From NCBI GenBank assembly GCA_963767925.1, contig CAVYGB010000002.1:192001-256000 (forward strand): 64,000 bases of DNA, in the 5' to 3' direction. The notes under the pieces were generated by a model that was not told where the DNA came from, ran no database searches, and saw only the letters and a program-made list of their open reading frames with translations. A program made the translations under genes and the position numbers. Origin of the DNA: an uncultured delta proteobacterium. GTDB taxonomy: Bacteria > Myxococcota_A > Polyangia > Fen-1088. Below are positions 29,540 to 39,509 of this stretch, piece after piece (position 1 is the first letter of the stretch; the number at the start of each line of letters is the position of its first letter).

Positions 29540-30034
29540 ATGGACAGCGCAGGTGCAGCCTCCCCGCCGTCAGGGCGGGCCAGGCTGAGGAAGGTTGTGA
29601 AGGTCGGCCTGGTCCTCGCAGTGGCGATCGGGATCGCCCTGCAGCTCGTCCCGGTCGAGGGGATCGGCAGGAACCCGCCGCAGCGGTACAAGGTCGAGGC
29701 GCCGCCGGAGGTGGAGCGGATCCTCCGGGAGTCCTGCTTCGACTGCCACTCCAACGAGACCCAGTGGCCGTTTTACGCCCGCATCGCCCCCGGTTCGTGG
29801 CTGATGGCGCGCGATGTGCGGAAGGGTCGCAGCCGCATGAACTTCTCCGAGTGGGGCGATACCGACGAGGAAGAACGCGCCATCGATCGCCAGAACGCCT
29901 GGGACGAGATCGAATCCGGTGACATGCCCCCCTGGTTCTACATCCCCATGAACCCCGCCCGCCGCCTCAGCGCCGAGGAGAAGGCCACCCTGAAAGCCTG
30001 GCTCCTCGAAAAGAAACCAGCCGCCAAGCCCTGA
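29540..30034 (+). CDS. Haem-binding domain (Haem_bd) c-type cytochrome
   Basis: SCFDCHSNET.WP.Y..APGSW..DV..GR..NFSEW..MPP..Y. Confidence 0.92.
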   Translation: MDSAGAASPPSGRARLRKVVKVGLVLAVAIGIALQLVPVEGIGRNPPQRYKVEAPPEVERILRESCFDCHSNETQWPFYARIAPGSWLMARDVRKGRSRMNFSEWGDTDEEERAIDRQNAWDEIESGDMPPWFYIPMNPARRLSAEEKATLKAWLLEKKPAAKP

Positions 30035-30191
30035 CAACGCCGAACGATCTGCCCCGGATGGGTGGACAGGCCAGCGTTTACAGAGAGCGGACAGGAATCG
30101 GTACAGTTCCCGGACCCAGGCTGATTCCATCTGGGGTCGTGGAAGCCTGACTCGTGACCCTTGCTCGTCTCGGGGGCAGAGCACCCATTCG

Positions 30192-30569
30192 CTACCCCGC
30201 CTTCTTGGCCAGCGCCGGCTTGGTCAGCGCCGGCTTGGCCAGCGCCTTCTTGGCCAGCGCCGGCTTGGCCAGCGCCTTCTTGGCCAGCGCCGGCTTGGCC
30301 AGCGGCCGCTTCGCCGGCGGCAGCCCCAGCTTCCTGCGCACCTCCGCCTCGCTGTGCCGGGGACGCTTGGACTTGCGCACCTTCTCGATCATCTCCCAGA
30401 ACTCGGGCCGGCCCTCGATCACGACCGAGCCGATGTCGACCCGACCCTCCACGCCAAGCAGCATCGCCACGGGTTTGCCGTGTCGAGTGAGCCAGACCGG
30501 CTCGGCTTGCGCCTGCTCGACCAGGTCAGCCAGCTTTGCGCGGGCCTCCTGCATGCTGATGCTCTTCAT
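30192..30569 (-). CDS. Phd/YefM-family antitoxin with repetitive Lys/Ala/Pro tail
   Basis: [38 protein letters not shown] overlap with the toxin stop. Confidence 0.9.
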   Translation of the reverse strand: MKSISMQEARAKLADLVEQAQAEPVWLTRHGKPVAMLLGVEGRVDIGSVVIEGRPEFWEMIEKVRKSKRPRHSEAEVRRKLGLPPAKRPLAKPALAKKALAKPALAKKALAKPALTKPALAKKAG

Positions 30570-30889
30570 TGGCTCTCCTCCTCTATTTTCGTGGCCGCCG
30601 CCATGGCGTCAGCCAGGGTCAACGTCCCCTTGTGGACGACCCGGATGATGAGCACCAGCGTCTCGGGCACGATGTCGTACAGCACGCCGAAGGCGCCGAC
30701 CTGCAGCTCCCAGGCAGCGCTGACGGACAGATCGGGCGACGGCACGACCGGCTTGCGGTGCTTGGTAATCACCATCGGTTGATAGGTCAGGTTCTTGCTA
30801 ATGGCGTCCGCGATCCGGGCTCGGTCGAACGCACGCAGCGCCAGCAGGTCGGCCAAAGCCTCGTCCGAGTACTGAATCGCGAAGGGCAT
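30566..30889 (-). CDS. RelE/ParE-family toxin
   Basis: [39 protein letters not shown]. Confidence 0.85.
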   Translation of the reverse strand: MPFAIQYSDEALADLLALRAFDRARIADAISKNLTYQPMVITKHRKPVVPSPDLSVSAAWELQVGAFGVLYDIVPETLVLIIRVVHKGTLTLADAMAAATKIEEESQ

Positions 30890-30908
30890 GGACCAACTGT
30901 CTACGGAT

Positions 30909-30934
30909 ATTCTGTACCGTAAAAAGTACAGAAT
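30909..30934. promoter_or_regulatory. Probable TA operator palindrome
   Basis: Perfect 9-bp inverted repeat ATTCTGTAC-N8-GTACAGAAT, 20 bp upstream of the toxin ATG. Confidence 0.7.
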
Positions 30935-31130
30935 CAAGCGATGGTGCCGCGGCATCCCGTTGACCGGCCACCTGTGGCGTCCGGCGCTCCACTGGTGCTT
31001 TCGACGGATTCAGGGGTCAGACGGGCTCGCAATCGCGGGCCTTGGGGGGCCGGGATGTGGCGCGGAGCTTCGCGGGCGGGCAGCCTGTGGATGGGGGGCA
31101 GGCGGGCGGGGCCGGGAAGGAGGGGTTGCG

Positions 31131-31892
31131 ATGTCGTTGCAGCGCAGGTGGGTGGCGGAGTTGATCGGGACGTTCTGGCTGGTGCTCGGGGGGTGCGGGA
31201 GCGCGGTGCTGGCGGCCAGCTTCCCCCAGCTCGGCATCGGGTTTCAGGGCGTGGCCCTCGCCTTCGGGCTGTCGGTGCTGACCATGGCCTACGCGCTCGG
31301 CGGTATCTCGGGCGGACACTTCAACCCGGCCGTCTCGCTGGGGCTCTACATCGGCGGGCGTTTCCCGGCGCGCGAGCTGCCGCACTACCTGCTGGCCCAG
31401 GTCGCAGGCGCGATCCTGGCCGGTGGCGTCCTCTACCTCATCGCCAGCGGCGCCCCCGGCTTCACCACCGCCGCGGGGTTCGCCACCAACGGCTACGGGC
31501 GCCTCTCGCCCGGCGGCTACTCGCTGGGGGCCGCCTTCCTGTGCGAGCTGGTGCTCACCGCGGGTTTCCTCATCGTCATCCTCGGCGCGACAGACAGCAA
31601 GCGCGCCGCCCCCGGCTTCGCCCCGATCGCCATCGGCCTCGCCCTCACCCTGATCCACCTCATCAGCATCCCGGTGACAAACACCTCGGTGAACCCCGCC
31701 CGCAGCACCGGCGTCGCCGTCTTCGCCGACCCCGCCGCCTTCCGCCAGCTCTGGCTGTTCTGGCTGGCCCCCCTGCTCGGCGGCGCTATCGGCGCCACCC
31801 TCTACCGCCTCCTCGCCGAGGAACACCCCTTCGCCCTCCCCCGCCGCCACCCCCTCGGCCCGACCCCCCCGATCCCGGAACCCCAGACGTAA
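31131..31892 (+). CDS. aqpZ: Aquaporin Z
   Basis: [35 protein letters not shown] (both NPA motifs). Confidence 0.97.
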   Translation: MSLQRRWVAELIGTFWLVLGGCGSAVLAASFPQLGIGFQGVALAFGLSVLTMAYALGGISGGHFNPAVSLGLYIGGRFPARELPHYLLAQVAGAILAGGVLYLIASGAPGFTTAAGFATNGYGRLSPGGYSLGAAFLCELVLTAGFLIVILGATDSKRAAPGFAPIAIGLALTLIHLISIPVTNTSVNPARSTGVAVFADPAAFRQLWLFWLAPLLGGAIGATLYRLLAEEHPFALPRRHPLGPTPPIPEPQT

Positions 31893-32020
31893 GGTGGTGC
31901 CCAGCACGGCGGTTGCCCCCGGCAGGGTGAAGTCTCGGGGTTGAGGCCGGAACAACGAGCTTCGGAGCCGCTGCGAGGTCAGCTGTCCCGCCAGCGCGAC
32001 GGACTTCCGCAGCAGCGCGG

Positions 32021-32557
32021 TCAGCGCCCGAGGATCTGCTCCTTCTCGCGGGCGAGCTGGCCGAGCCGCTCCTCGAGGGGGCGCCGCTTCTCCTGCAGCG
32101 CAGCCGCCGCTTGCTTCACCGCCTGCCGGCACCGGTCAACGCTCTCCGCGCTGGCCTCGATCTTCTGCTGGCTGAGGAGGTCGGTGACGATGTTGTCCAG
32201 GAACACGTCCACGAAACGGCTGCCCCCCAGGACCTCCACGGCCCCGGCAGGCGCGAAGCTGACGCCCGCGTCGAGGCACTCCTTCGCGAGGCGGTCCAGG
32301 TGCCGCTGCAAGCGGGGAAGCCGCGCCCGGGGATCGTCCAGCGCCGAATGTTTGATCAGCGAGCTCGCCAGCCCACCGCCGAAGAGGTCCACGGCGGACC
32401 AGCCCTCCGCACCAGCGATGTCGCCACGAACCTCGGCGATCTGTTCGAGCGTCTCGCCCGCTGCCTCCAGGGCCTCGCCCATCTCGGCGTCCGCGGCCGC
32501 CAGCTCCGCCTCGGCGTCCCCGTTCGGTTTCCCTACCGGGCGGCGGTCGGCGGTCAC
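32021..32557 (-). CDS. Hypothetical coiled-coil protein, possibly 5'-truncated
   Basis: GTG overlaps the accessory-gene TGA; WSAVDLFGGGLASSLIKH and FVDVFLDNIVTD look like conserved blocks. Confidence 0.6.
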   Translation of the reverse strand: MTADRRPVGKPNGDAEAELAAADAEMGEALEAAGETLEQIAEVRGDIAGAEGWSAVDLFGGGLASSLIKHSALDDPRARLPRLQRHLDRLAKECLDAGVSFAPAGAVEVLGGSRFVDVFLDNIVTDLLSQQKIEASAESVDRCRQAVKQAAAALQEKRRPLEERLGQLAREKEQILGR

Positions 32558-33060
32558 CTGGGGGGTGGGGGGAAGTCTTCGGGGGTGAGGTGGATGGGGT
32601 GGCCGTGGGGGGTGCGGGCGGCGGCTTGGTGCCAGGCCTGGCGGTAGTGGGCGAGGGTCGCGGGGGGGGCGAGGCTCTTTTCGGCGACGAGGTGTTCGAG
32701 GGCGGCGAGCCAGTGGTGGTAGTAGGTCGCGCCGGTGTCGGAGTCGCCGGCGGTCTGGGCGCGGCGGATCTCGGCGGCGAGGGCGGCTGCCCACTCGGGC
32801 CAGGTGAAGACGCCGCGGGCGTGGAGGGCGAGCGCGAGGGCGAAGGCCTGCGCCTCCCAGGGCTCGCGGAAGACGGGGCCCTCGGCGTCGCGCGGAATGC
32901 TGGGCACGGCTTGCACGACGGCGGCGTGGCCGGCGGCGGCGGATTCGCTGGCAGCGTGATCGGCGCCGGCGCTACCGACGGCGGCCGCGTGCCCGGCGGC
33001 CGCACGATCGGCGGTGGCTTCATCGGCGGCGGTCGGGGCGCGGGGGTCGGGGGGGGTCAT
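32554..33060 (-). CDS. Nitrile hydratase accessory/activator protein
   Basis: GPVFREPWEAQAFALA..GVFTWPEWAAAL..YYHHWLAALE..TPHG.PI; coupled to beta by ATGA. Confidence 0.92.
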   Translation of the reverse strand: MTPPDPRAPTAADEATADRAAAGHAAAVGSAGADHAASESAAAGHAAVVQAVPSIPRDAEGPVFREPWEAQAFALALALHARGVFTWPEWAAALAAEIRRAQTAGDSDTGATYYHHWLAALEHLVAEKSLAPPATLAHYRQAWHQAAARTPHGHPIHLTPEDFPPPPR

Positions 33061-33722
33061 GGGAGGGGGGTCAGGTAGGGTTCGAAGGCGTCGGCTTGGA
33101 TGGTGGCGGTGGGGTCGCCGTGGGTGTCGCCCCAGAGCTCGGTGGCGGGGAAGGCGACGGCGTAGAGCCACTGCGGGTCGTCGCCCTGGCCGGCGGCGCG
33201 GCTGTCGGGGAAGGCGTGGCAGCCGTGGACGCGCTCGATGGTGCCGGCGTGGCCGCGCAGGTAGCGGGGCAAGCGGGTGTGGCCGGCGGGGTGGATGTTG
33301 CGGGTGCGGACGCGGTCGCCGACGGCGAACCGGGGGGGCTGGGGGGCGGGGCGCGAGGAGGGGCCGCCCCGGGCGAGGGTGGCGGCGACGTCGGGGCCGC
33401 GCAGAACGTTGGGCACGGGGCGGGGCGGATCGATGGCCTTGCCGGCGGCGCGCTCGGCGGGGCTGACCAGGCCGTTGGCGGCGAGGAGGCGTTCCAGGCC
33501 GGCCAGCCACAGCTCGTAGTAGGAGAGGCGGATCCATTCGGCGGGGGGCAGGGTCTCGCGGGCGGAGCGCGACTGATCGATGTTCCACTGCCCGCTCGCG
33601 CCCATCGCGACGGTCAGCGCGAACGCCCGCCGCTCCCAGGGGGCGTGAAAGACCGGCTCGTTCGTCTCGGGGCGCACGGGACCCCACCCGTGCCCGCCCC
33701 CCATGTCGTGAGGGCCGTTCAT
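33057..33722 (-). CDS. nthB: Nitrile hydratase beta subunit
   Basis: [39 protein letters not shown]. Confidence 0.96.
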   Translation of the reverse strand: MNGPHDMGGGHGWGPVRPETNEPVFHAPWERRAFALTVAMGASGQWNIDQSRSARETLPPAEWIRLSYYELWLAGLERLLAANGLVSPAERAAGKAIDPPRPVPNVLRGPDVAATLARGGPSSRPAPQPPRFAVGDRVRTRNIHPAGHTRLPRYLRGHAGTIERVHGCHAFPDSRAAGQGDDPQWLYAVAFPATELWGDTHGDPTATIQADAFEPYLTPLP

Positions 33723-33857
33723 CGCGGCAGCGCCTCGAAGCGCACCGGTCTCCCCCGTGTCCGCCGCCCATGTCGTGCGGGCCGTTCATCGCGGCAGCGC
33801 CTCGAAGCGCACCGGTCTCCCCCCGTGTCCGCCGCCCATGTCGTGCGGGCCGTTCAC
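33723..33857 (-). repeat. Two tandem 68/67-bp copies of the nthB 5' end
   Basis: RTGAACGGCCCGCACGACATGGGCGGCGGACACGGGGG(G)AGACCGGTGCGCTTCGAGGCGCTGCCGCG twice before the true ATG 33722. Confidence 0.92.
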
Positions 33858-34549
33858 CGAGCCTCCTCCTTGGGGAGGTCCTCGGGGCGGAGGGGGAGGC
33901 CGGTGCCGATCATGGCGTCGCGGGTGACGAGGCGGGCGAGGTTCTCCTCGCTCCAGCGCTCGGTACCGGGTGGGCGCTCGGGCAGGACCAGGTAGCGAAC
34001 CTCGGCGGTCGAGTCCCACACCTTTATCGCTGTCGTCACCGGCAGGGTGACGCCGAAGTCGGCGAGGACGCCCCGGGGATCGGCCACCACCCGCGAGCGG
34101 TAAGGCGCCGACTTGTACCAGACGGGCGGCAGGCCGAGCACCGGCCACGGGTAGCAGGAGCACAGGGTGCACACGACGACGTTGTGGCGGTCGGCGGTGT
34201 TCTCCAGCACGACCATGTGCTCGCCCTGGCGGCCGCCGTAGCCCAGCGATCCGATCGCCGCCTCCGGCTCGGCCAGCAACCAGCGGCGGTAGGTCGGATC
34301 CACCCAGGCCCGGGCCACCACCCGCGCGCCGTTGTGGGGCCCGATGCGGGTCTCGTAGGTCTCGATCAGCACATCCAGCGCCGCCGGATCGACGTACCCC
34401 TTCTCCGTCAGCACCGACTCGAGCGCCCGCACCCGCGCCTGCAAATCCGAGAGCTCCGACCCGTGGTCGTGGTCATGGTCATGCTCCTCGCCGTGCTCGT
34501 GCTCGTGCGGAGGGCCGCTGTCGTCCGGTTCCCTGGCCATCGCCGGCAT
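33854..34549 (-). CDS. nthA: Cobalt-type nitrile hydratase alpha subunit
   Basis: [11 protein letters not shown] active-site motif (Thr and Tyr indicate Co-type); His-rich N-terminus. Confidence 0.96.
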   Translation of the reverse strand: MPAMAREPDDSGPPHEHEHGEEHDHDHDHGSELSDLQARVRALESVLTEKGYVDPAALDVLIETYETRIGPHNGARVVARAWVDPTYRRWLLAEPEAAIGSLGYGGRQGEHMVVLENTADRHNVVVCTLCSCYPWPVLGLPPVWYKSAPYRSRVVADPRGVLADFGVTLPVTTAIKVWDSTAEVRYLVLPERPPGTERWSEENLARLVTRDAMIGTGLPLRPEDLPKEEAR

Positions 34550-34755
34550 CTTATGGCCTCGTGCCCAGGTAACGCGCGCTGGAAACGTTGCAGCGGCACC
34601 ACCGGGAGACCATCCCGCACGGTGCGCCACGCGCCCCTGCATGTCGGCGCCTGTCGCGCATCGAATCCGGGGTGCAAGTCTGAGTCGAATGGGAAAGCAA
34701 TCCCGGCCCCATGCGACGATCCTGAAGCTGCCCCGAGGAAGCTAGGAGGACCGAT

Positions 34756-36574
34756 ATGCAGCGCCGGATTGCAGCCTTGCTGCCCTGTTTTGCCCTGGCC
34801 TGCGTCGACGGGGCCGTGACCTCGAACCCGCCCGGCGGCGTCGCCCCCGGTGGCATGGCGAACCCCATGCCCGGCGCCGGCAGCGGCCCGGGACCGATCG
34901 GGACCCCGCCCGGCGGCAGCGGCGCACCGGGTGCACCCGGGCTGCCCGGCGTGGGCCCTGCCCCCAGCGTGCCCGGCCTGCCCGGCGTCGGCCCGGCGCC
35001 CAGCGTGCCCGGCAGGTTCCACGCCCCGGGGCTCTGCGCCGACCCCCGGGCTGCCGGGCGCCGCGCCCTGCACCAACAACGTCCCCGGGCCCCGGCTGCT
35101 GCGGCGGCTGACCACGCCCGAGCTGGAGAACACGCTCCAGGATCTGTTCCGCGACCCGGGGGTGCCGAAGACGACGGCGCTGGCCGACGCGGAGGTGCTC
35201 GGGTTCCACGTCGACGCCGCCCAGCTCGTGGTGCGCGACCTCGGCGCCCAGCAGATCTCCGACTTCGCCGACGAGGTCGCGCAGTGGGCGGTGGCCAACA
35301 AGCTCGCCACCCTCTCGACCTGCGCCAGCAACGACGCCCCCTGCCGCCAGTCGTTCATCCGCAGCTTCGGGCGGCGGGCCTTCCGCGCGCCCGTCACCGA
35401 CAGCCAGCTCCGGGCCTACGAGGCGCTGTTCGCCGCCGAGTCGACCTTCAACGACGGGGCCTCGGCGGTGATCACCGCGATGATGCAGTCGCCGAACCTC
35501 CTCTACCGGCGCGAGATCGGCAAGCCCGACCCGGCCCGGCCCGGCCAGTTCCTGCTCACCCCCCACGAGGTCGCGGCCAACCTGTCGTACCTGCTGACCC
35601 AGGGACCGCCCGACGAGGCGCTGGCCCAGGCGGCCGACTCCGGCGCCCTCACCACCGCCGCCCAGATCGACGCCCAGGCCGACCGCCTGATGAAGACGCC
35701 GCGCGGGCGCAAGGCGCTCGGCACCTTCGTGCGCGGCTGGCTGGGCATCGAGCGGCTGGAGTCGACGGTGAAGGACGACGCCATCTTCCCCTTCCCGCCC
35801 GAGCTGCGGCGCGACCTGCTGGGTGAGACCGAGACGCTGTTCCTCGACGTCTTCGACAAGGGCGGCACGATGACCGATCTGCTCACCGCCCCCTACTCGT
35901 TCGTCAACGTGAACCTCTCGCGCTTCTACGGCGTCGCCAGCGGGGCCGGCGGCACCGGGTTCATCCGGGTCATGCGCCCGGCCACCCAGCGCGACCCGGG
36001 CGTGCTGGGGCACGCCAGCGTGCTGGCCACCCACGCCACCGGCGCCGTCTCCTCCCCGGTCAAGCGGGGCAAGCTGGTGCGCACGCGCCTGCTCTGCCAG
36101 AGCCTGCCGCCACCTCCCCAGGACGTGGACACCATGCTCGAGCCGCCCGGCCCGACCCAGACCACGCGCCAGCGCTATCTGCAGCACACCCAGGATCCTG
36201 CCTGCGCCGGCTGCCACCAGGTGATGGATCCCATCGGCTTCGGGTTCGAGCGCTACGACGGCTTCGGCCGGCGCCGCGACAGCGAAAACGGGGTCCCGGT
36301 GGACGCCACCGGGTCGCTGCTGGGGACCGCCGCCGGCACCGTCGACTTCGACGGGCTGGGCGAGCTGGCGGTGACGCTGGCCGAGAGCCCCGAGGCCCAG
36401 GCCTGCCTGGTGCGCTACTGGTCCTACTTCGCCTACGGCGTCGCCGCCTGGCCGGAGGACACCTGCGTCCAGGCCAACCTGGTCGAGGAGGCCGCCCGGA
36501 GCAAGTTCTCCCTGCGGAGCGTGCTCATGGCCATCATCCACGCGCCCCACTTCACCCGCCGGGTCGGCAACTAA
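34756..36574 (+). CDS. DUF1592/DUF1588/DUF1595 (PSD) family protein, apparent frameshift near 35010
   Basis: Lipoprotein signal in one frame; LRRLT..E..NT, FGRRAFR, SPNLLYR, SPVKRG, CAGCH..DPIGFGFE.YD in the +1 frame. Confidence 0.88.
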
Positions 36575-36586
36575 GCGGAGAACACC

Positions 36587-37897
36587 ATGCGCAAGCTCAG
36601 CCGCAGATCGTTCAATCGCCAGGTGGGGGCGGGGTTCCTCCTCTCGTCGTTCGTGTCGACGCTCCGGCGGCCCGCCCAGGCCCAGCCGGTGGGGGCCAAG
36701 CGGGCCAAGCGCCTCTTTCTATTTTGCTCGATGGGGACCTCGCCGCCGCTGTGGAGCCCGAGCAACGTCTCGGGTGAAAACAGCTTCAGCTTCAGCCAGG
36801 CGATGTCTCCTTTGGCGGCGATCAAGCAGGACATCGTCCTCGCCGAGGACCTCGCCTCGGCCAACCCCGGCACCGGCCACGGCTTCCCCGACGCGCTCAC
36901 CGGCAAGAGCTACATCGGCAAGATCATCTCGGTCGACCAGTTCGTCGCCGACGGGCTCAAGGGCCTGGGCATCAACCGGCCCATCCCGGTGCTGCTGCTC
37001 GGGGCCGACGCCCGCTCGGGCGGCATGTCGATGTTCAACCGCGACCAGAACCTGTTCACCATCACCTCGCCGCTGGCCGCCTTCAACACCGTCTTCGGCG
37101 GGGCGGTGCCGGCGGCGATGTCCCCGGACACCCTGCTCAAGCGCCGGCGCAGCATCCTCGATCTCATCCGCAACGAGATCGGCGAGCTCAACCAGGCCAT
37201 CGGCACCCAGGAGCGGGCCAAGCTCGAGTTGCACCTCGACTCCATCCGCAGCCTGGAGAACCGGCTCGGGCAGGCCTCCATGGGCGGCGCCCCGGTCGCG
37301 GCCTGCAGCAAGCCCGCCCGCCCCTCCGACGACCTGTCGAACCCGATCCGGGCCAACCTCACCCACCTCGACGTGCTGATCAACGCGTTCGCCTGCGACA
37401 TCACCCGGGTGGGGGCGGTCCAGTTCGGCTCGGACGAGGCGATGCAGGTCAACATCCCGGAGATCGGCCTGCGCGGCGAGCAGCACAGCGGCATGATCCA
37501 CTCCGGCCCACCCGGCCTGGCCCAGCTCGCCACCCTCGAGCGGTGGTTCGCCGAGCAGTTCGTGGCCGTGGTCCGCAAGCTGAAGTCGATCCCCGAGGCC
37601 GACGGCTCGGGCACGCTGTTCGACAACACCCTGCTGGCCTGGTGCCGCGACATGGGCGACGCTCCGGCGCACAACCGCCGCAGCATGAAGTTCGTGCTCT
37701 CGGGCGGCGCCGGCGGCTACCTGCGCCGCAACCCCAACGGCCGCTACCTGCGCGGCGCGGGCGACGGCGCCGGCGACCTGCACGAGCGGCTGCTGCTCAA
37801 CATGTGCGAGGCCATGGGGATCACCAACTTCGCCGGCTTCGGCGACCCCAACCTCCGCGGCGCCGGCAAGACCCCCATCCCGGGCTTGCGGGCGTAG
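36587..37897 (+). CDS. DUF1552 family protein (Tat signal)
   Basis: LSRRSF, ISVDQ, RRSILD, KLELHLDSIRSLE, AFACDITRV, GTLFDNT; usual partner of DUF1592 genes. Confidence 0.92.
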   Translation: MRKLSRRSFNRQVGAGFLLSSFVSTLRRPAQAQPVGAKRAKRLFLFCSMGTSPPLWSPSNVSGENSFSFSQAMSPLAAIKQDIVLAEDLASANPGTGHGFPDALTGKSYIGKIISVDQFVADGLKGLGINRPIPVLLLGADARSGGMSMFNRDQNLFTITSPLAAFNTVFGGAVPAAMSPDTLLKRRRSILDLIRNEIGELNQAIGTQERAKLELHLDSIRSLENRLGQASMGGAPVAACSKPARPSDDLSNPIRANLTHLDVLINAFACDITRVGAVQFGSDEAMQVNIPEIGLRGEQHSGMIHSGPPGLAQLATLERWFAEQFVAVVRKLKSIPEADGSGTLFDNTLLAWCRDMGDAPAHNRRSMKFVLSGGAGGYLRRNPNGRYLRGAGDGAGDLHERLLLNMCEAMGITNFAGFGDPNLRGAGKTPIPGLRA

Positions 37898-37963
37898 GCG
37901 GGGGGGGGCCCTGTTCAACAGAGCGCGCGTCCGCGTCTCCCCCCGCCTCGAACAGAGCGACTC

Positions 37964-38950
37964 CTAGTTGCCTCCGCCGCGGGGGAGGTAGCCGATGTCG
38001 TCGATGAAGGCGTCGAAGGTCCAGCCCGACGAGAAGCCGAAGTCGATGCCGGTCATCTGGCTCTGCTCGAAGGTGGCGGCGGTGCCCCAGCCGTCCTGGG
38101 CCAGCGTGGTCCAGGGGACGGTGTATTGCTTCCAGTCCGGGGTCAGATCGACGACGAAGCCGAACGAGTCGCCGCAGTTGGTGGCGCAGGTGCCCCCGAA
38201 CTGCGCGTCGGTGGTGGCGGGGATGGTGACGGCCACCCGGATCTGGCCGGTCCCCTTGGCGTAGAAGGTGACGCCGTCGTATTCGGAGGAGTCGACGGCC
38301 ATGTTCCCGGGGAACGAGAAGCCCACTCCGGCGAAGCCGAACTGGCTCATGGCCGGGTTGTTGACCGTCATGCCGGAGACGTGGATCGCGCAGCGCGGGC
38401 TCACGGGTGAGCCGCCCATCGCGGCCGCGAACATGGCCGGCACGAGGGTGGAACCGAAGGTATCGAGGTACTGGTACCAGTTCCCCGAGCGGCCGTCGTT
38501 CGGCAGGATGGCGGCGTCGCAGTCCTCCAGATCGTCGATGCTGGCGGCGCCGACCGGACCGGTCGGGGGCGCGTCGGGCGGCGGGGCCGCGTCGGGAGGG
38601 GAGGTCGGCGGCGTGGGCGGCGCTGGCGGTGGGGCGGCGGCGTCGGGGACTGCGCCGCCATCGGGGGCCGAGGCGCTCGGCGGTGGGGGAGGCGTCGGGG
38701 ACGGCGCGGGCGCCGGCGGCGCGGTGGGTGCCGGCGGCATCACCTCCGGCGCGGGCGGCGGCGCCGCGGGGGGCGGCGCGCCCATTCCCGGCGGCGGACC
38801 GGCGGGAGGGCTGGGCGGCACGCCTTCGGTCACGCCGGGGCCGGATCCGGGTTGCTTGACTTGAGCGGGGCTGCAGGCGGTGGCGGCCGCAAGGACGACG
38901 ATCGCCCCACAACCCCACCACCGCGCTGGACGGGAGAACGCTTTGTTCAC
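37964..38950 (-). CDS. Pro-rich lipoprotein with galactose-binding-like (CBM11-like) domain
   Basis: Lipobox ATAC; IDDLED..GRSGNWY, D.SEYDGVTFYAKG, LTPDWKQYTVPW, FIDDI. Confidence 0.8.
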   Translation of the reverse strand: MNKAFSRPARWWGCGAIVVLAAATACSPAQVKQPGSGPGVTEGVPPSPPAGPPPGMGAPPPAAPPPAPEVMPPAPTAPPAPAPSPTPPPPPSASAPDGGAVPDAAAPPPAPPTPPTSPPDAAPPPDAPPTGPVGAASIDDLEDCDAAILPNDGRSGNWYQYLDTFGSTLVPAMFAAAMGGSPVSPRCAIHVSGMTVNNPAMSQFGFAGVGFSFPGNMAVDSSEYDGVTFYAKGTGQIRVAVTIPATTDAQFGGTCATNCGDSFGFVVDLTPDWKQYTVPWTTLAQDGWGTAATFEQSQMTGIDFGFSSGWTFDAFIDDIGYLPRGGGN

Positions 38951-39182
38951 GAGATGCTCCTGGTTCGGGGTCGTGGCGGCGGGCCTCGCGGGGCGGCGAG
39001 GGGCACCTGGACATAGCTTTGTCCTCCTGCCAACGGTTTCATAGCCCGATCTGCTCGAGAAGGGTTACCTAACCGACAGACCCACACCACCACGCCACGC
39101 CACGCCGGACAGCGGCGAGCTCCTGCCCGTCGCCGGAGTTTTCCAGCTCCCGCGGACGTGCCGTCCACCCCCGCTGGCTGCC

Positions 39183-39405
39183 CAGCCGGAGGCCCCTCAC
39201 CCGGCGCGCGGACGCGCCGACCTCTCCCCACGGCAGACCGCGGGGAGAGGTGATGGCCCTGCGGCCCTGCGGGTGACCGCGGGCAGTGGTGATGGGGAGA
39301 GGTGATGGCCCGGCGCCCCCACGGCTGACCGCGGGCAGAGGTGATGGCCCGGCGCCCCCACGGCTGACCGCGGGGAGGTGTTGGCCCGGCGCCCCTGCGG
39401 GTGAA
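39183..39405 (+). repeat. Partial family A element followed by about four degenerate ~39-bp tandem units
   Basis: ggtgatggcccggcgcccccacggctgaccgcgggcaga repeated. Confidence 0.75.
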
Positions 39406-39509
39406 CTGAGCGCTGAGCGGACCGACGCTGCGAACGGGGGCGATCAGGGGTGCTCGTTATTGAACAGGATTCGGTAGCGTGGGCACCCCTGGGGTGACAT
39501 GGTTGCGCC

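Noticed and set aside
30912..30931. LexA SOS box
   Set aside because: CTGT-ACAG spacing is 12, not 8; better explained as a TA operator.
32554..33789. 411-aa beta-accessory fusion ORF
   Set aside because: Arises from the G5 repeat copy reading out of frame through nthB into the accessory gene; the middle part is Arg/Pro-rich nonsense.
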